Positions 16,233 to 24,978 of a DNA stretch of 45,881 bases are shown in pieces. Within the stretch, counting starts at the first letter, position 1, and each line of letters begins with the position of its first letter. Both the position numbers and the translations under genes were made by a program. Source of the stretch: an uncultured Actinomycetes bacterium. Its GTDB lineage: Bacteria > Actinomycetota > Actinomycetes > S36-B12. The notes beneath the pieces are model-generated. The model was not told where the DNA came from and did not search any database. It saw nothing but the letters and a program-made list of their open reading frames with translations. Location: the NCBI GenBank assembly GCA_903918595.1, contig CAIXFB010000001.1, positions 1 through 45,881 of the forward strand. Direction: 5' to 3'.

Positions 16233-17477
16233 ATGAGTCGTAGTCAGGTACGCAGGCCCGCGGGCTTCGTGGGCTTCGGCGACGACGATTCCAGTTGCCC
16301 GATCCTGCATGTGGATATGGATGCTTTCTATGCATCGGTGGAGTTGCGTACACGGCCGGAGTTGATCGGGCAACCGGTGATCGTCGGTGGTGGAGGTGGG
16401 CGCGGGGTGGTGCTCTCAGCTACCTATGAAGCACGTGCATTGGGGATTCATTCGGCAATGCCGATCGCGCGCGCACACCGGATTGCACCGCAAGCAATCT
16501 TCATCGAACCCACGCATGGGCTGTATTCCGAAGTGAGCGCGGGAGTGATGGAGATCTTTGAGTCCATTACCCCAATCGTTGAGCCACTCAGTCTTGATGA
16601 GGCGTTCCTCGATGTTTCTGGTGCGCTGCGCAGACTCGGCACACCCACATCGATCGCCCACCTGATTCGGGCACGAGTAGTTGCTGAGCAGGGGATCACC
16701 TGTTCGGTTGGGGTTGCGAGTACCAAGTTCGTCGCGAAGTTGGCATCTACTCGTTCAAAACCCGACGGATTGCTGGTCATCCCGATAGACAAAGTGTTGG
16801 CATTTCTGCACCCGCTTCCTGTCGGTGCACTGTGGGGGGTCGGTGAGCGCACCGAGGAGTCTTTACATCGGCTGGGGCTGCGAACCGTCGGAGATATTGC
16901 ACATACACCCCTTGACACCATGAAACGAGCGCTCGGCGAGGCAGCCGGAGTCCAACTTCACGAACTTTCCTGGGGCCGAGATAACCGCAGCGTCACACCT
17001 CACCAGCCCGACAAGAGCATCGGCAATGAGAGCACCTTCAACCAAGACGTGGACGATCCCGAAGTGATCCTGCGCCATTTGATGCGGCTCTCAGATCAAG
17101 TAGCCGGCCGAATGCGCAATGCCGGACACGTGGGTCGGACTATCAGCATCAAGATTCGATTTGCCGATTTCAGCACCATCACTAGGTCTCGAACAATGCA
17201 AGTTCCCACGGATACCGCCAAAGAGATCTTCGACGTTGCGCGCGGTTTGTATGAGGGATTAGGCCTTCAACGGGTCCGGATCCGCCTCGTAGGGGTGCGG
17301 ATGGAGGGCCTAGACGATGCGAGCGAAGCCCCCCACCAGATGACCTTTGACGAACCCGCGCACGGGCACCGAGACGCCGAGGTGGCCATCGATGCGTTGC
17401 GGAGTCGATTCGGGGCAACTGCGGTGCAGCCGGGGCGCCTCACGCCAGGCAAGACTGAACAAAAGGGGCAAGAATGA
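16233..17477 (+). CDS. dinB: DNA polymerase IV (Y-family, DinB)
   Basis: ILHVDMDAFYASVE and SLDEAFLDVSG catalytic motifs are intact. Starts 16 nt after dnaE2. Confidence 0.9.
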   Translation: MSRSQVRRPAGFVGFGDDDSSCPILHVDMDAFYASVELRTRPELIGQPVIVGGGGGRGVVLSATYEARALGIHSAMPIARAHRIAPQAIFIEPTHGLYSEVSAGVMEIFESITPIVEPLSLDEAFLDVSGALRRLGTPTSIAHLIRARVVAEQGITCSVGVASTKFVAKLASTRSKPDGLLVIPIDKVLAFLHPLPVGALWGVGERTEESLHRLGLRTVGDIAHTPLDTMKRALGEAAGVQLHELSWGRDNRSVTPHQPDKSIGNESTFNQDVDDPEVILRHLMRLSDQVAGRMRNAGHVGRTISIKIRFADFSTITRSRTMQVPTDTAKEIFDVARGLYEGLGLQRVRIRLVGVRMEGLDDASEAPHQMTFDEPAHGHRDAEVAIDALRSRFGATAVQPGRLTPGKTEQKGQE

Positions 17478-17578
17478 GGGTCAGGTTCCCCTGAGGGCAG
17501 ATCATGCTTATCCTTAGGGGAAGAACTACTAGGGAAGAAATGCGGGCCGCCAGCCCGCCCCACCGAGAGGGGGTCGTA

Positions 17579-17986
17579 ATGCCGCTATCTGAGCACGAGC
17601 AGCGTCTGCTCGAGCAGATGGAGAAGGCGCTCTATGCCGAAGACCCCAAATTCGCTACGAGTTTGCGTTCTACCTCTGTCGGCGCAGCCAATCGCGGTCG
17701 AGCAGCCCTCGGCGTTCTGGGAATTTTTGCGGGCATGGGATTGATCTTGGGTGGAATGTCTGCCGCTGTGATTGCACTTGGTGTTGCCGGTTTCGTGGTC
17801 ATGCTTGTCGGTGCTGTCATCACTTACACTGCATTTTCTTCGCGCACCGTGGTCACAGTTGTAGATGAAGAAGGCAATGAGATTCCGCAAGCCGCTCCCC
17901 GCCCGGCTCCACCAGCGCAGGGCAACGGCTTCATGGACCGACTCGAAGATCGTTGGCGCAAGCGCGCAGAAGGCGGCGAGCAGTAA
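17579..17986 (+). CDS. DUF3040 domain membrane protein
   Basis: ORF trimmed to MPLSEHEQRLLEQMEKALYAEDPKF, followed by two TM helices. SD GAGAGGGGG. Confidence 0.8.
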   Translation: MPLSEHEQRLLEQMEKALYAEDPKFATSLRSTSVGAANRGRAALGVLGIFAGMGLILGGMSAAVIALGVAGFVVMLVGAVITYTAFSSRTVVTVVDEEGNEIPQAAPRPAPPAQGNGFMDRLEDRWRKRAEGGEQ

Positions 17987-19228
17987 TTAACTTGCTGCCC
18001 CGCTAGGTACTTTGGTAGCAACCGGCGGAGGAAAGTCGCACGTGCTTGAAGCTGGGAGACCTTCAAATCTTTCCCACATCCAGCGCACCACACTTGGGCC
18101 CGCATCGAGCCCTGCGGTCATGTGACCGACCCCACCCATCCACAAAGACGTGAGTGTTGATCCGGCCGCGCACCACTTTTCTTCAAGGTAGGCGTTGGGT
18201 TCAGGAAGCACTACTTCATCTGCAGTGCCCTGGGCGAGGAAGAACGGTAGATCGGCGGGCAGAGGTGCTGGTGTCTGAGCCTCCATAGCCGTAAGCCACT
18301 CGGGAACTGTCAGCGGATTCCTCTCGAAGAAATTCTGTCCGTAAATGTTCTGACGCACCGTGGCTTCGAGTGCTGAGTTCTTCACGCAATCCTCGGCCAA
18401 ACTCTCGTAAGAATTTTGGGCTTCGGAGGTGAGAATGGAATCCACGGGCAATTCGGGATATTCCAGCGGCCATGAGCGCAACACTTCCGCACCGATTACC
18501 CAGCCAATGAGGCCAGACCATTGAGCGTCCAAAATCCGAGTCAATTCAGCCGCTGGTGCGGCCGCCGCGACTCCCACCAAACTCAGTTCAGGTGCGAGCT
18601 CGTTCGCCAATTGACCGGTCCAGATTGCTGAGTGACCACCTTGGGAGTGGCCGTACACGCCCCAGGTTCCAGACGCGTCAGCGTCGGGAAGTTGAGCAAC
18701 GGCTCGCACGCTGTTCACTACATCGCGGGCTTCTTGCTCACCGACCAGGTAACGCTCAACTCCTGGCGTACCCAATCCGTAGTAGTCCGTGGCAACAACG
18801 GCCCAACCCAAATCAAGCATCTGCGGTAGGAAGGTGGCGAGTTGGCTCGTTGGATCTGCTGAGCGCGAGGGGGCGCATTCATCCCCTTGACCGACGGTGC
18901 CATGCGCCCAGGCCATGGTTGGTCGCCCACCCGCCGCGGCTGGGACAGCGGGGATGAAAGCCGTTCCAGACGATGCGGCTAATTGGTCGTCGGTAGTGGT
19001 GGTGACATAGAGAATTCGGTAGGCGGTTCCGCCCGCGACTGGGACCTCTAGTGGTTCAAAGTTCAGCAGGTCACCTGGGGAGGTACCGGCGAGCGATGGG
19101 GGGACGTAGAAGGGGGCGATGCGATCCTGGGCTAGGTCTGTACCAACCCGCTCACTGAGGTAGATACCTGCACCGACCATGAATCCAGCTACCAGAATCG
19201 CACTGAGCGCGATACCGATCAACTTCAT
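17987..19228 (-). CDS. Secretory lipase (LIP family) alpha/beta hydrolase, membrane-anchored or secreted
   Basis: GHSQGG nucleophile elbow and N-terminal TM MKLIGIALSAILVAGFMV. ORF 17987..19255 trimmed to the ATG at 19228. Confidence 0.7.
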   Translation of the reverse strand: MKLIGIALSAILVAGFMVGAGIYLSERVGTDLAQDRIAPFYVPPSLAGTSPGDLLNFEPLEVPVAGGTAYRILYVTTTTDDQLAASSGTAFIPAVPAAAGGRPTMAWAHGTVGQGDECAPSRSADPTSQLATFLPQMLDLGWAVVATDYYGLGTPGVERYLVGEQEARDVVNSVRAVAQLPDADASGTWGVYGHSQGGHSAIWTGQLANELAPELSLVGVAAAAPAAELTRILDAQWSGLIGWVIGAEVLRSWPLEYPELPVDSILTSEAQNSYESLAEDCVKNSALEATVRQNIYGQNFFERNPLTVPEWLTAMEAQTPAPLPADLPFFLAQGTADEVVLPEPNAYLEEKWCAAGSTLTSLWMGGVGHMTAGLDAGPSVVRWMWERFEGLPASSTCDFPPPVATKVPSGAAS

Positions 19229-19246
19229 AACTTCGCGAAAAGGTAG

Positions 19247-19831
19247 GTGCGGCACACTGACACGCTATCGGTGCTAGATGATGGAGCCGTGGACATCCGT
19301 CAAGAAGTAGTCATCGTGGTCCGGCCTGTGCCGGAGACGTCCGGTCTACATGAACCGGATGAGAGCAGCACCAATCCCATCGGAGCCGTTCGCGAAGCGG
19401 CACAGGATGCGGTTGCTAGTGCAGTGGGATTGTTTTCATATACGGCGCAGACTGCCGCAAAACTGGCCCAAGACACAGCAACTTCGGCAATGAACGCCAC
19501 TCTCGATGTGGTTGTTCCAAAAGTTTCCGGGGCGATCTTGAGCCGTTTGGATTTAACTCAAATCGTGGTTGACAATGTAGATGTCAACAAGATTGCTGCG
19601 GCCGTAAACCTGGAACCCATCATTGATCGAGTACCGATCACAGATATCGCTGACTACGTGATTGCTGAGATTGATCTTCCTGAAGTGATTCGAGGAAGTA
19701 CGGGAGGTATCGCCGATCAAGTGATGCAGGCAGTGAGGTTCAAAGCCATTTCGAGTGATCAGTCACTCGCCAGAATCGTTGACCGCATCTTGGTATGGCG
19801 TGATGGTCGTTCATTGAAGACAGAGAAATGA
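19247..19831 (+). CDS. Hypothetical cytoplasmic protein with short periodic (V/L)D-x-x-x-I repeats
   Basis: ORF with a GTG start (uncertain; in-frame GTGs also lie at 19271 and 19316). ATGA overlap with the downstream RDD gene. Confidence 0.55.
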   Translation: MRHTDTLSVLDDGAVDIRQEVVIVVRPVPETSGLHEPDESSTNPIGAVREAAQDAVASAVGLFSYTAQTAAKLAQDTATSAMNATLDVVVPKVSGAILSRLDLTQIVVDNVDVNKIAAAVNLEPIIDRVPITDIADYVIAEIDLPEVIRGSTGGIADQVMQAVRFKAISSDQSLARIVDRILVWRDGRSLKTEK

Positions 19832-20349
19832 CCACCTTCAGCGAGTTTCAAAAAAATCCGGTGCCCCCTGCAGAACTCATCAAGAGTCAGAGAATCCCGC
19901 CAGCGGCCCGCCCCTTTCAGGGTAATCGGGCCGGGCTCTTCTCCCGAGTGGCGGCGGATGTCATTGATGTTGTTGCGGTCAGCGTGTTGATGGTGGCGCT
20001 GTATTTCGGGTTAATGGCCGCCGAATTCATCTTTCTCCCCGAATCAAACATCATGAAGTTGAATCCTTACCTTTTCCTTGCAGCCGGATACTTTGTGATG
20101 TGGCTGTACTGGACCTGGTCCTGGGCCACCACCGGCCGCACCTTAGGCAAAGGGATCATGGGGCTACGGGTGCTCAACCACAAAGGTGAACGGATGAGGT
20201 GGAGCGGAGCCGCTCTCAGATCGGTCTTCTGCCTCGTTTTCCCTTTCGGTTTGCTCTGGACCGTTGTCAGTAATCGGAACCGATCGGTCCAAGACGTCGT
20301 CTTACGAACAAGTGTGGTCAATGACTGGGGAGAGACGGTGAGCATATGA
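19828..20349 (+). CDS. RDD family membrane protein
   Basis: RVAADVIDVVAV..., RTLGKGIMGLRV and RSVQDVVLRTSVV; three TM segments. Confidence 0.75.
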   Translation: MTTFSEFQKNPVPPAELIKSQRIPPAARPFQGNRAGLFSRVAADVIDVVAVSVLMVALYFGLMAAEFIFLPESNIMKLNPYLFLAAGYFVMWLYWTWSWATTGRTLGKGIMGLRVLNHKGERMRWSGAALRSVFCLVFPFGLLWTVVSNRNRSVQDVVLRTSVVNDWGETVSI

Positions 20350-20702
20350 GCGCCACAAAGGTTCGAGGAATTTCTTCGGCAGCGAGCATGGGTTTGGCCA
20401 TTGTGCTGGGATTGACTGCGTGTGGGGGTGCCGATCCCGTCCCTGAACCCAGCCCGATGACCAGTCAGGAGGAAGGTGCAGCCATGAATGAGATCACGCC
20501 TGATCAGGTCACCTTCGCTGAAGATCTGGTTGCTCAAGGTGTTGATGAAGCTACGGCAGCGAGCACTATCGAGGCTGCGGGTTATACCTACCGCGTGATC
20601 ATGATTGATGGTGAGTCGTTGCCCATGACGATGGATTACCGGCTGGATCGAATCAATCTCACGTTGCAAGATGGGATTGTTGTGGATGCCTCGTGGGGTT
20701 AA
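20346..20702 (+). CDS. Lipoprotein with a C-terminal I78-like peptidase inhibitor domain
   Basis: Lipobox GLTAC. YRVIMIDGESLPMTMDYRLDRINLTLQDGIVVDASWG resembles the I78 pattern (RVI..G...TMDYR.DRLN). ATGA overlap with the RDD stop. Confidence 0.55.
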   Translation: MSATKVRGISSAASMGLAIVLGLTACGGADPVPEPSPMTSQEEGAAMNEITPDQVTFAEDLVAQGVDEATAASTIEAAGYTYRVIMIDGESLPMTMDYRLDRINLTLQDGIVVDASWG

Positions 20703-21415
20703 GCCGATGGGTAACCGTGGGAGTCTCTGCCACGGTGATGCTTGGAATGAGTGCGACCGCAGCGCAAGCGGAAACGATTTCCACGCCCCCGGTGATCACA
20801 CCGTACGCGGAGTTTTCCATTGCAATGGAAAACGATTTGGAGTTCCAAAGTAGTTCGTGTCTGTATGTCCCAGTGGCAATCACGTTTGGTCGCTCAGATG
20901 AAGCGATCGTGCTGGGGGAGTTGACCGTGACCCGCCCTGGCACTGATGTTCTCAACGAGGGCACCTTCTTGATCTTGCCGGCCGATCCAGTCTTTGGAAC
21001 CCGGCTCGACGAAGTGTTTGTTTGCCCAGCAGATGGCTCGGGAGAGTTTCGCCTTGCTGGCCAGGTTGTTGTCACATCCGGGATAAACGAGGTGGTGGCT
21101 GCCGTTCCTGAATTGACGTTCTATGTGAAACGAACGCCGAGCGCTATTCGTTCGCTTCGGGCTAGCACCAACGCCACGGGAGTCGTTGTTCAGGGAAAGG
21201 CCGTGGCGAATGGCTTCCCAGCGACTGGAATAGCGCGAATACAGGTAAAGGTCCCTGGTTCGAAGAAATGGTCAACTGCGATAAGTGCCCCCATTGACAG
21301 GCGCGGTGCCTTCAGCCAGGTACTTGCTCGCACTGTTCCTCGTGGCAGCCTGATTCGAGCAACTTTGACTGATTGCTCATGGTGCGGTCGTTCCAGCGCC
21401 TCAACGCGTCTGTAG
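20693..21415 (+). CDS. Secreted hypothetical protein (signal peptide, 4 Cys)
   Basis: MGLSRWVTVGVSATVMLGMSATAAQA/ET signal peptide. Overlaps the previous gene by 10 nt. Confidence 0.6.
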   Translation: MGLSRWVTVGVSATVMLGMSATAAQAETISTPPVITPYAEFSIAMENDLEFQSSSCLYVPVAITFGRSDEAIVLGELTVTRPGTDVLNEGTFLILPADPVFGTRLDEVFVCPADGSGEFRLAGQVVVTSGINEVVAAVPELTFYVKRTPSAIRSLRASTNATGVVVQGKAVANGFPATGIARIQVKVPGSKKWSTAISAPIDRRGAFSQVLARTVPRGSLIRATLTDCSWCGRSSASTRL

Positions 21416-21537
21416 TTCCCGTTGCCCGCATCTCATTACCGGGCAAAAAGGTGGATCTGAGTCGGAGGGGAACGTGGTGATCCGGCACATTGTCGGTGGT
21501 GACCGGTAGTTTGCAGGCACGCCCTGAAGGAGTCTGA

Positions 21538-22740
21538 ATGAATGCCGTGTCACTCGTTGTTGTGGTTGCTGCCATTGTCATAGGTGCTGCTATCGGCTGG
21601 CTCGCTGCTAGTCGAACGTGGCGTGCACGAATGGGTGAACTCGATGCGCAGGTGCGTCGCGAAAGTGAAGTAGGGGCCGCTCAACTGCGGACTGAACTAG
21701 CAGGCGCCGAGGGTGAATTACGTCTGCTCAAGGCGGATCGCGAGAAGCTTCAAATCGAACAAGCTGAGGGTAAATCACTCGAAGAGAAGATCCAGCCGCT
21801 CAAAGATGCTCTTGAGTCCGTGCGGATCCAGGCTCAGCGCGCCAATGTGGAACGGGCTGAGGCGGATGCCCAATTGCGGGAACAAATTGAAGGTGTCCAA
21901 CGTGGATACACCTCACTCGAGGGGGCAACCAGACAACTGGTCGCGGCCATGTCGTCGGGGCAATCTCGAGGCCAATGGGGTGAAATGCAACTTGAGCAGT
22001 TGCTCAACCACTCTGGGTTGATCGAAGGCACCCATTACAAGCGTCAAGACACTCGCCTTGGTGCAACCGGATCCTCTCGCCCAGACATCGTCATCATGCT
22101 TCCTGGCGGCGGTGAAATTCTTATTGATGCCAAGTTCCCATTCGATGCCTATTGGAAAGCAATCGAGGCGGGCCAAACACCTGAATCTGCTGTTCATCTG
22201 AAGAAACATTCTGACGATGTTCTCGCCCGGGCCAAAGAACTATCCGGCAAGCGCTACTCCGACTCGTCGTCAAGTCCGGATTTCGTCATCATGTTTTTGC
22301 CCTTGGAGTCACTACTCTCTAGTGCTCTCGAAGCAAATGGCCTCATCCTGGAAGAGACTTTTCAGCGAAATGTCATTTTGGCGACGCCCACTTCCATGTT
22401 GGGAATGTTGCGCACTATTTCTTTTGGATACCAGCGCCAATTGATGGCAGATAACGCTGAAGAAATCCGTGAAGCAGGGGCCGAAATGCTGAATCGCCTC
22501 GGTGCTGCTGTCGAACATGTTGACGGTATGCGTCGCGGACTCACTCAGGCGGTCAAGGGTTACAACAGTTTCGTTGGTTCCTTCGACAACAGGGTTATGA
22601 CCCAGGCGCGCAAGATGAGTGAATTGGGGGTGTCCTCTCAACGCAGTTTGGAAGCACCTGAAGAGATCAGCGAAACCCCTCGCGAGACGAGAAACTCTCC
22701 GGCTCTACCTGTGGCAGAGGAACTGTTTCTTGATTCCTAA
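21538..22740 (+). CDS. rmuC: DNA recombination protein RmuC
   Basis: N-terminal TM plus coiled coil; GQWGEMQLEQLL and PDIVIMLPGGGEILIDAKFP. Confidence 0.85.
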   Translation: MNAVSLVVVVAAIVIGAAIGWLAASRTWRARMGELDAQVRRESEVGAAQLRTELAGAEGELRLLKADREKLQIEQAEGKSLEEKIQPLKDALESVRIQAQRANVERAEADAQLREQIEGVQRGYTSLEGATRQLVAAMSSGQSRGQWGEMQLEQLLNHSGLIEGTHYKRQDTRLGATGSSRPDIVIMLPGGGEILIDAKFPFDAYWKAIEAGQTPESAVHLKKHSDDVLARAKELSGKRYSDSSSSPDFVIMFLPLESLLSSALEANGLILEETFQRNVILATPTSMLGMLRTISFGYQRQLMADNAEEIREAGAEMLNRLGAAVEHVDGMRRGLTQAVKGYNSFVGSFDNRVMTQARKMSELGVSSQRSLEAPEEISETPRETRNSPALPVAEELFLDS

Positions 22741-22763
22741 AGCTTGTTGATTCAGTCTTTGAC

Positions 22764-24881
22764 TCAGTGCTCGATTGTCACGAGGTGCAGATCTCGGGTT
22801 GCTCGGGTGCAAGCAACATAGATATCGGCACCATGCGGCGCCTGACGGCTGATCTCCTGCGGGTCTATGACGAACACGATATCGAATTCAAGGCCTTTGG
22901 TATCCCGCACGGGTAACACTGCGATTCGTGCGTCAACGGCGGTTTCGCCGCGACCAAACTCAGCCGAAGTCAAGAGCAGATTCCACGATTCGAGTTGTTG
23001 ATCGGGAACGATTACCACTACACGTCCAGGCTCATCTGCAGTCGTCTGCACCAGGAATTCAGCCAAGGACTGAACGGCAATTCGGTCATGAATCGTGGGG
23101 CTGCCATCCCGAATAGCGGTGAGATGTGGTGCGGACCCACCCGCTTCCTGGAGTAACTCACTTGCAGTATCGGCGGTCTGCCTCGTGATCCGGTAGGTCA
23201 CTGATAGCTGATGAACCGTAATTGAATCCGAAGCCCATTCAAGTGCTTGTTGCCAGGATCGCGCTCCGGCCGGATGTGATCCTTGCTGTAAGTCACCCAC
23301 GATGGTCATTGAACGCCTGACCGCCCTTCGTTGCACCGAGCGCCAGGCCATGCGGCTTAGCTCCTGTGCTTCATCCACGACCACATGGCCATAGACCCAC
23401 TCGCGATCTTCCAGTGCTCGTTCGACAATCGAAGATCCGCTGCGTTCCACATGCAATGCGTTTGCTGTATGGAGAGAGCGCGCATCAAGTTCATCAACTT
23501 CGATTCGGCTCGCGGCACGAGTTGGGGGAGTCCAGACACCAAGCAGATCTGCACATTCATCGAGCAACGGGACATCGTCGACCGTCCAGGGCTCTGATGA
23601 ATTTCGCTGAAGAAGTTGGATTTCAGCTTTGGTCAGAATCCCTTTGGCGCACTGCTCAGCGAATTGTTCATCGTTGAAGAAACGAGTGAGCAAACGTTCT
23701 GGAGTTGTGGGTAGCCACATGAGATTCAGTGTGCGCCGGACACCAATGTCATCCACAATCTCGCCGACGATGTCGGTACGGACATCCACATCGTCCGGGT
23801 CATCTCCAGAACTTCTGGCGATTGTCCTAGCCATCTGATCGAGAAGTCGTCGAAGGAAGGGCTCGCGTCCTTCATGGAATGTCGCATTTTTGGGAACAGC
23901 CTTGAGTGCTGAACGCAGTTGGGTTGTTGTGACTGCAATGGTGTTGCCGTTCTCAGTACGAATGGTGATGTCGTGATCGGGCACTCGCTTGCACGAGTCA
24001 ACCAATTGCGCGATCACTTCAACCATACGCAAGTCACCCTTCAGGCGAGCAACCTCCGCAGCATCGTGTATTGAGGTGGAGACGCCGGGATAGAGCTGAC
24101 CGGGAGTGAGCAGCACAACGTCGGTTTCACCAAGGCTGGGAAGTACCTGATCGATGTATCGAAGGAAGACTGGGCTCGGGCCAATGATGAGTACACCATC
24201 TTGAGCTAAACGATCTCGATATGTGTAGAGGAGCCACGCTGCGCGGTGAAGCGCCACCACGGTCTTACCAGTGCCAGGACCTCCTTCGACGACCGTGACC
24301 CCGGCCAAAGGGCTGCGGATAATTGCATCTTGATCTGTCGCGATCGTGGCCAGAATGTCTGCCATCCGTCCGTCGCGTGGGGCCAGAACCGATGCAGCAG
24401 CCGCATCTGAATTTGTGGAAGTAGATCCGGCAAAATCTCCAAAGAATTCATCATCGACGTGGGTGACCTCGTGCGTCGAACCGTCCTCTTTGATGATGAT
24501 CCGTCGTCGCCGTTCCAAACCCATGGGATCAACGGTTGTGGCTTGGTAAAACGGTGCTGCATGCGGTGCACGCCAATCGAGCAGAAGCGGGTCGCCATCA
24601 GGGGTGCGCAATCCGATGCGACCGATTCGGTGACTCGTGCCATCGTTTGCATCGATGCGGCCGAAGCAAAGCCGGTTAGAGCCCGCGAGCGCTGCACGCT
24701 CCTGGCGATACAGATCTCCGAGGAGTGCCTCACGTTCCAGAACATCTTGCCCGGTGCCGGTAGCGGGCGCGTTGGTGAGTGCATCTCGTCTGCGACGGAG
24801 ATCTTCCAGGTAATCACCAAGTAGTGCATAGGCCGAGTCGACGAAACTCTGCTCCTCCTGCAAACTCGATGACACGTGCAC
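22764..24881 (-). CDS. HelD/HelR-like (class II) RNA polymerase-associated UvrD-family ATPase
   Basis: 705 aa; N-terminal LCFGRIDANDG...LLDWRAPHAAPFYQAT; Walker A GGPGTGKT; C-terminal VACTRATRDL. Confidence 0.75.
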   Translation of the reverse strand: MHVSSSLQEEQSFVDSAYALLGDYLEDLRRRRDALTNAPATGTGQDVLEREALLGDLYRQERAALAGSNRLCFGRIDANDGTSHRIGRIGLRTPDGDPLLLDWRAPHAAPFYQATTVDPMGLERRRRIIIKEDGSTHEVTHVDDEFFGDFAGSTSTNSDAAAASVLAPRDGRMADILATIATDQDAIIRSPLAGVTVVEGGPGTGKTVVALHRAAWLLYTYRDRLAQDGVLIIGPSPVFLRYIDQVLPSLGETDVVLLTPGQLYPGVSTSIHDAAEVARLKGDLRMVEVIAQLVDSCKRVPDHDITIRTENGNTIAVTTTQLRSALKAVPKNATFHEGREPFLRRLLDQMARTIARSSGDDPDDVDVRTDIVGEIVDDIGVRRTLNLMWLPTTPERLLTRFFNDEQFAEQCAKGILTKAEIQLLQRNSSEPWTVDDVPLLDECADLLGVWTPPTRAASRIEVDELDARSLHTANALHVERSGSSIVERALEDREWVYGHVVVDEAQELSRMAWRSVQRRAVRRSMTIVGDLQQGSHPAGARSWQQALEWASDSITVHQLSVTYRITRQTADTASELLQEAGGSAPHLTAIRDGSPTIHDRIAVQSLAEFLVQTTADEPGRVVVIVPDQQLESWNLLLTSAEFGRGETAVDARIAVLPVRDTKGLEFDIVFVIDPQEISRQAPHGADIYVACTRATRDLHLVTIEH

Positions 24882-24978
24882 GACTCCTTGTTCTCCTAGG
24901 CGGCCGCTACGGCAGCGCTGACGCGCTTGGTTTCGGGGCTAAGAGTCTGGCACGTCGACCGCCGACGCGCACACGGGG

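Noticed and set aside
17984-17989. Abutting convergent stop codons TAA/TTA (TAATTAA) of the DUF3040 and lipase genes, with zero intergenic spacing.
   Set aside because: It is real in the sequence, but convergent genes sharing a 3' boundary are common in compact genomes, and there is no additional structure to interpret.
21423-21450. Hairpin TTGCCCG-N11-CGGGCAA after the secreted-protein gene, considered as a terminator.
   Set aside because: The stem is only 7 bp and is followed by an A-run, not a T-run, on the coding strand. It is too weak to call.
24882-24978. Rifamycin-associated element (RAE) upstream of the HelD/HelR-like gene.
   Set aside because: Only a GGGGCT half-motif is present. 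No complete GC-rich inverted repeat of the recalled RAE type could be read in the 97-nt spacer.
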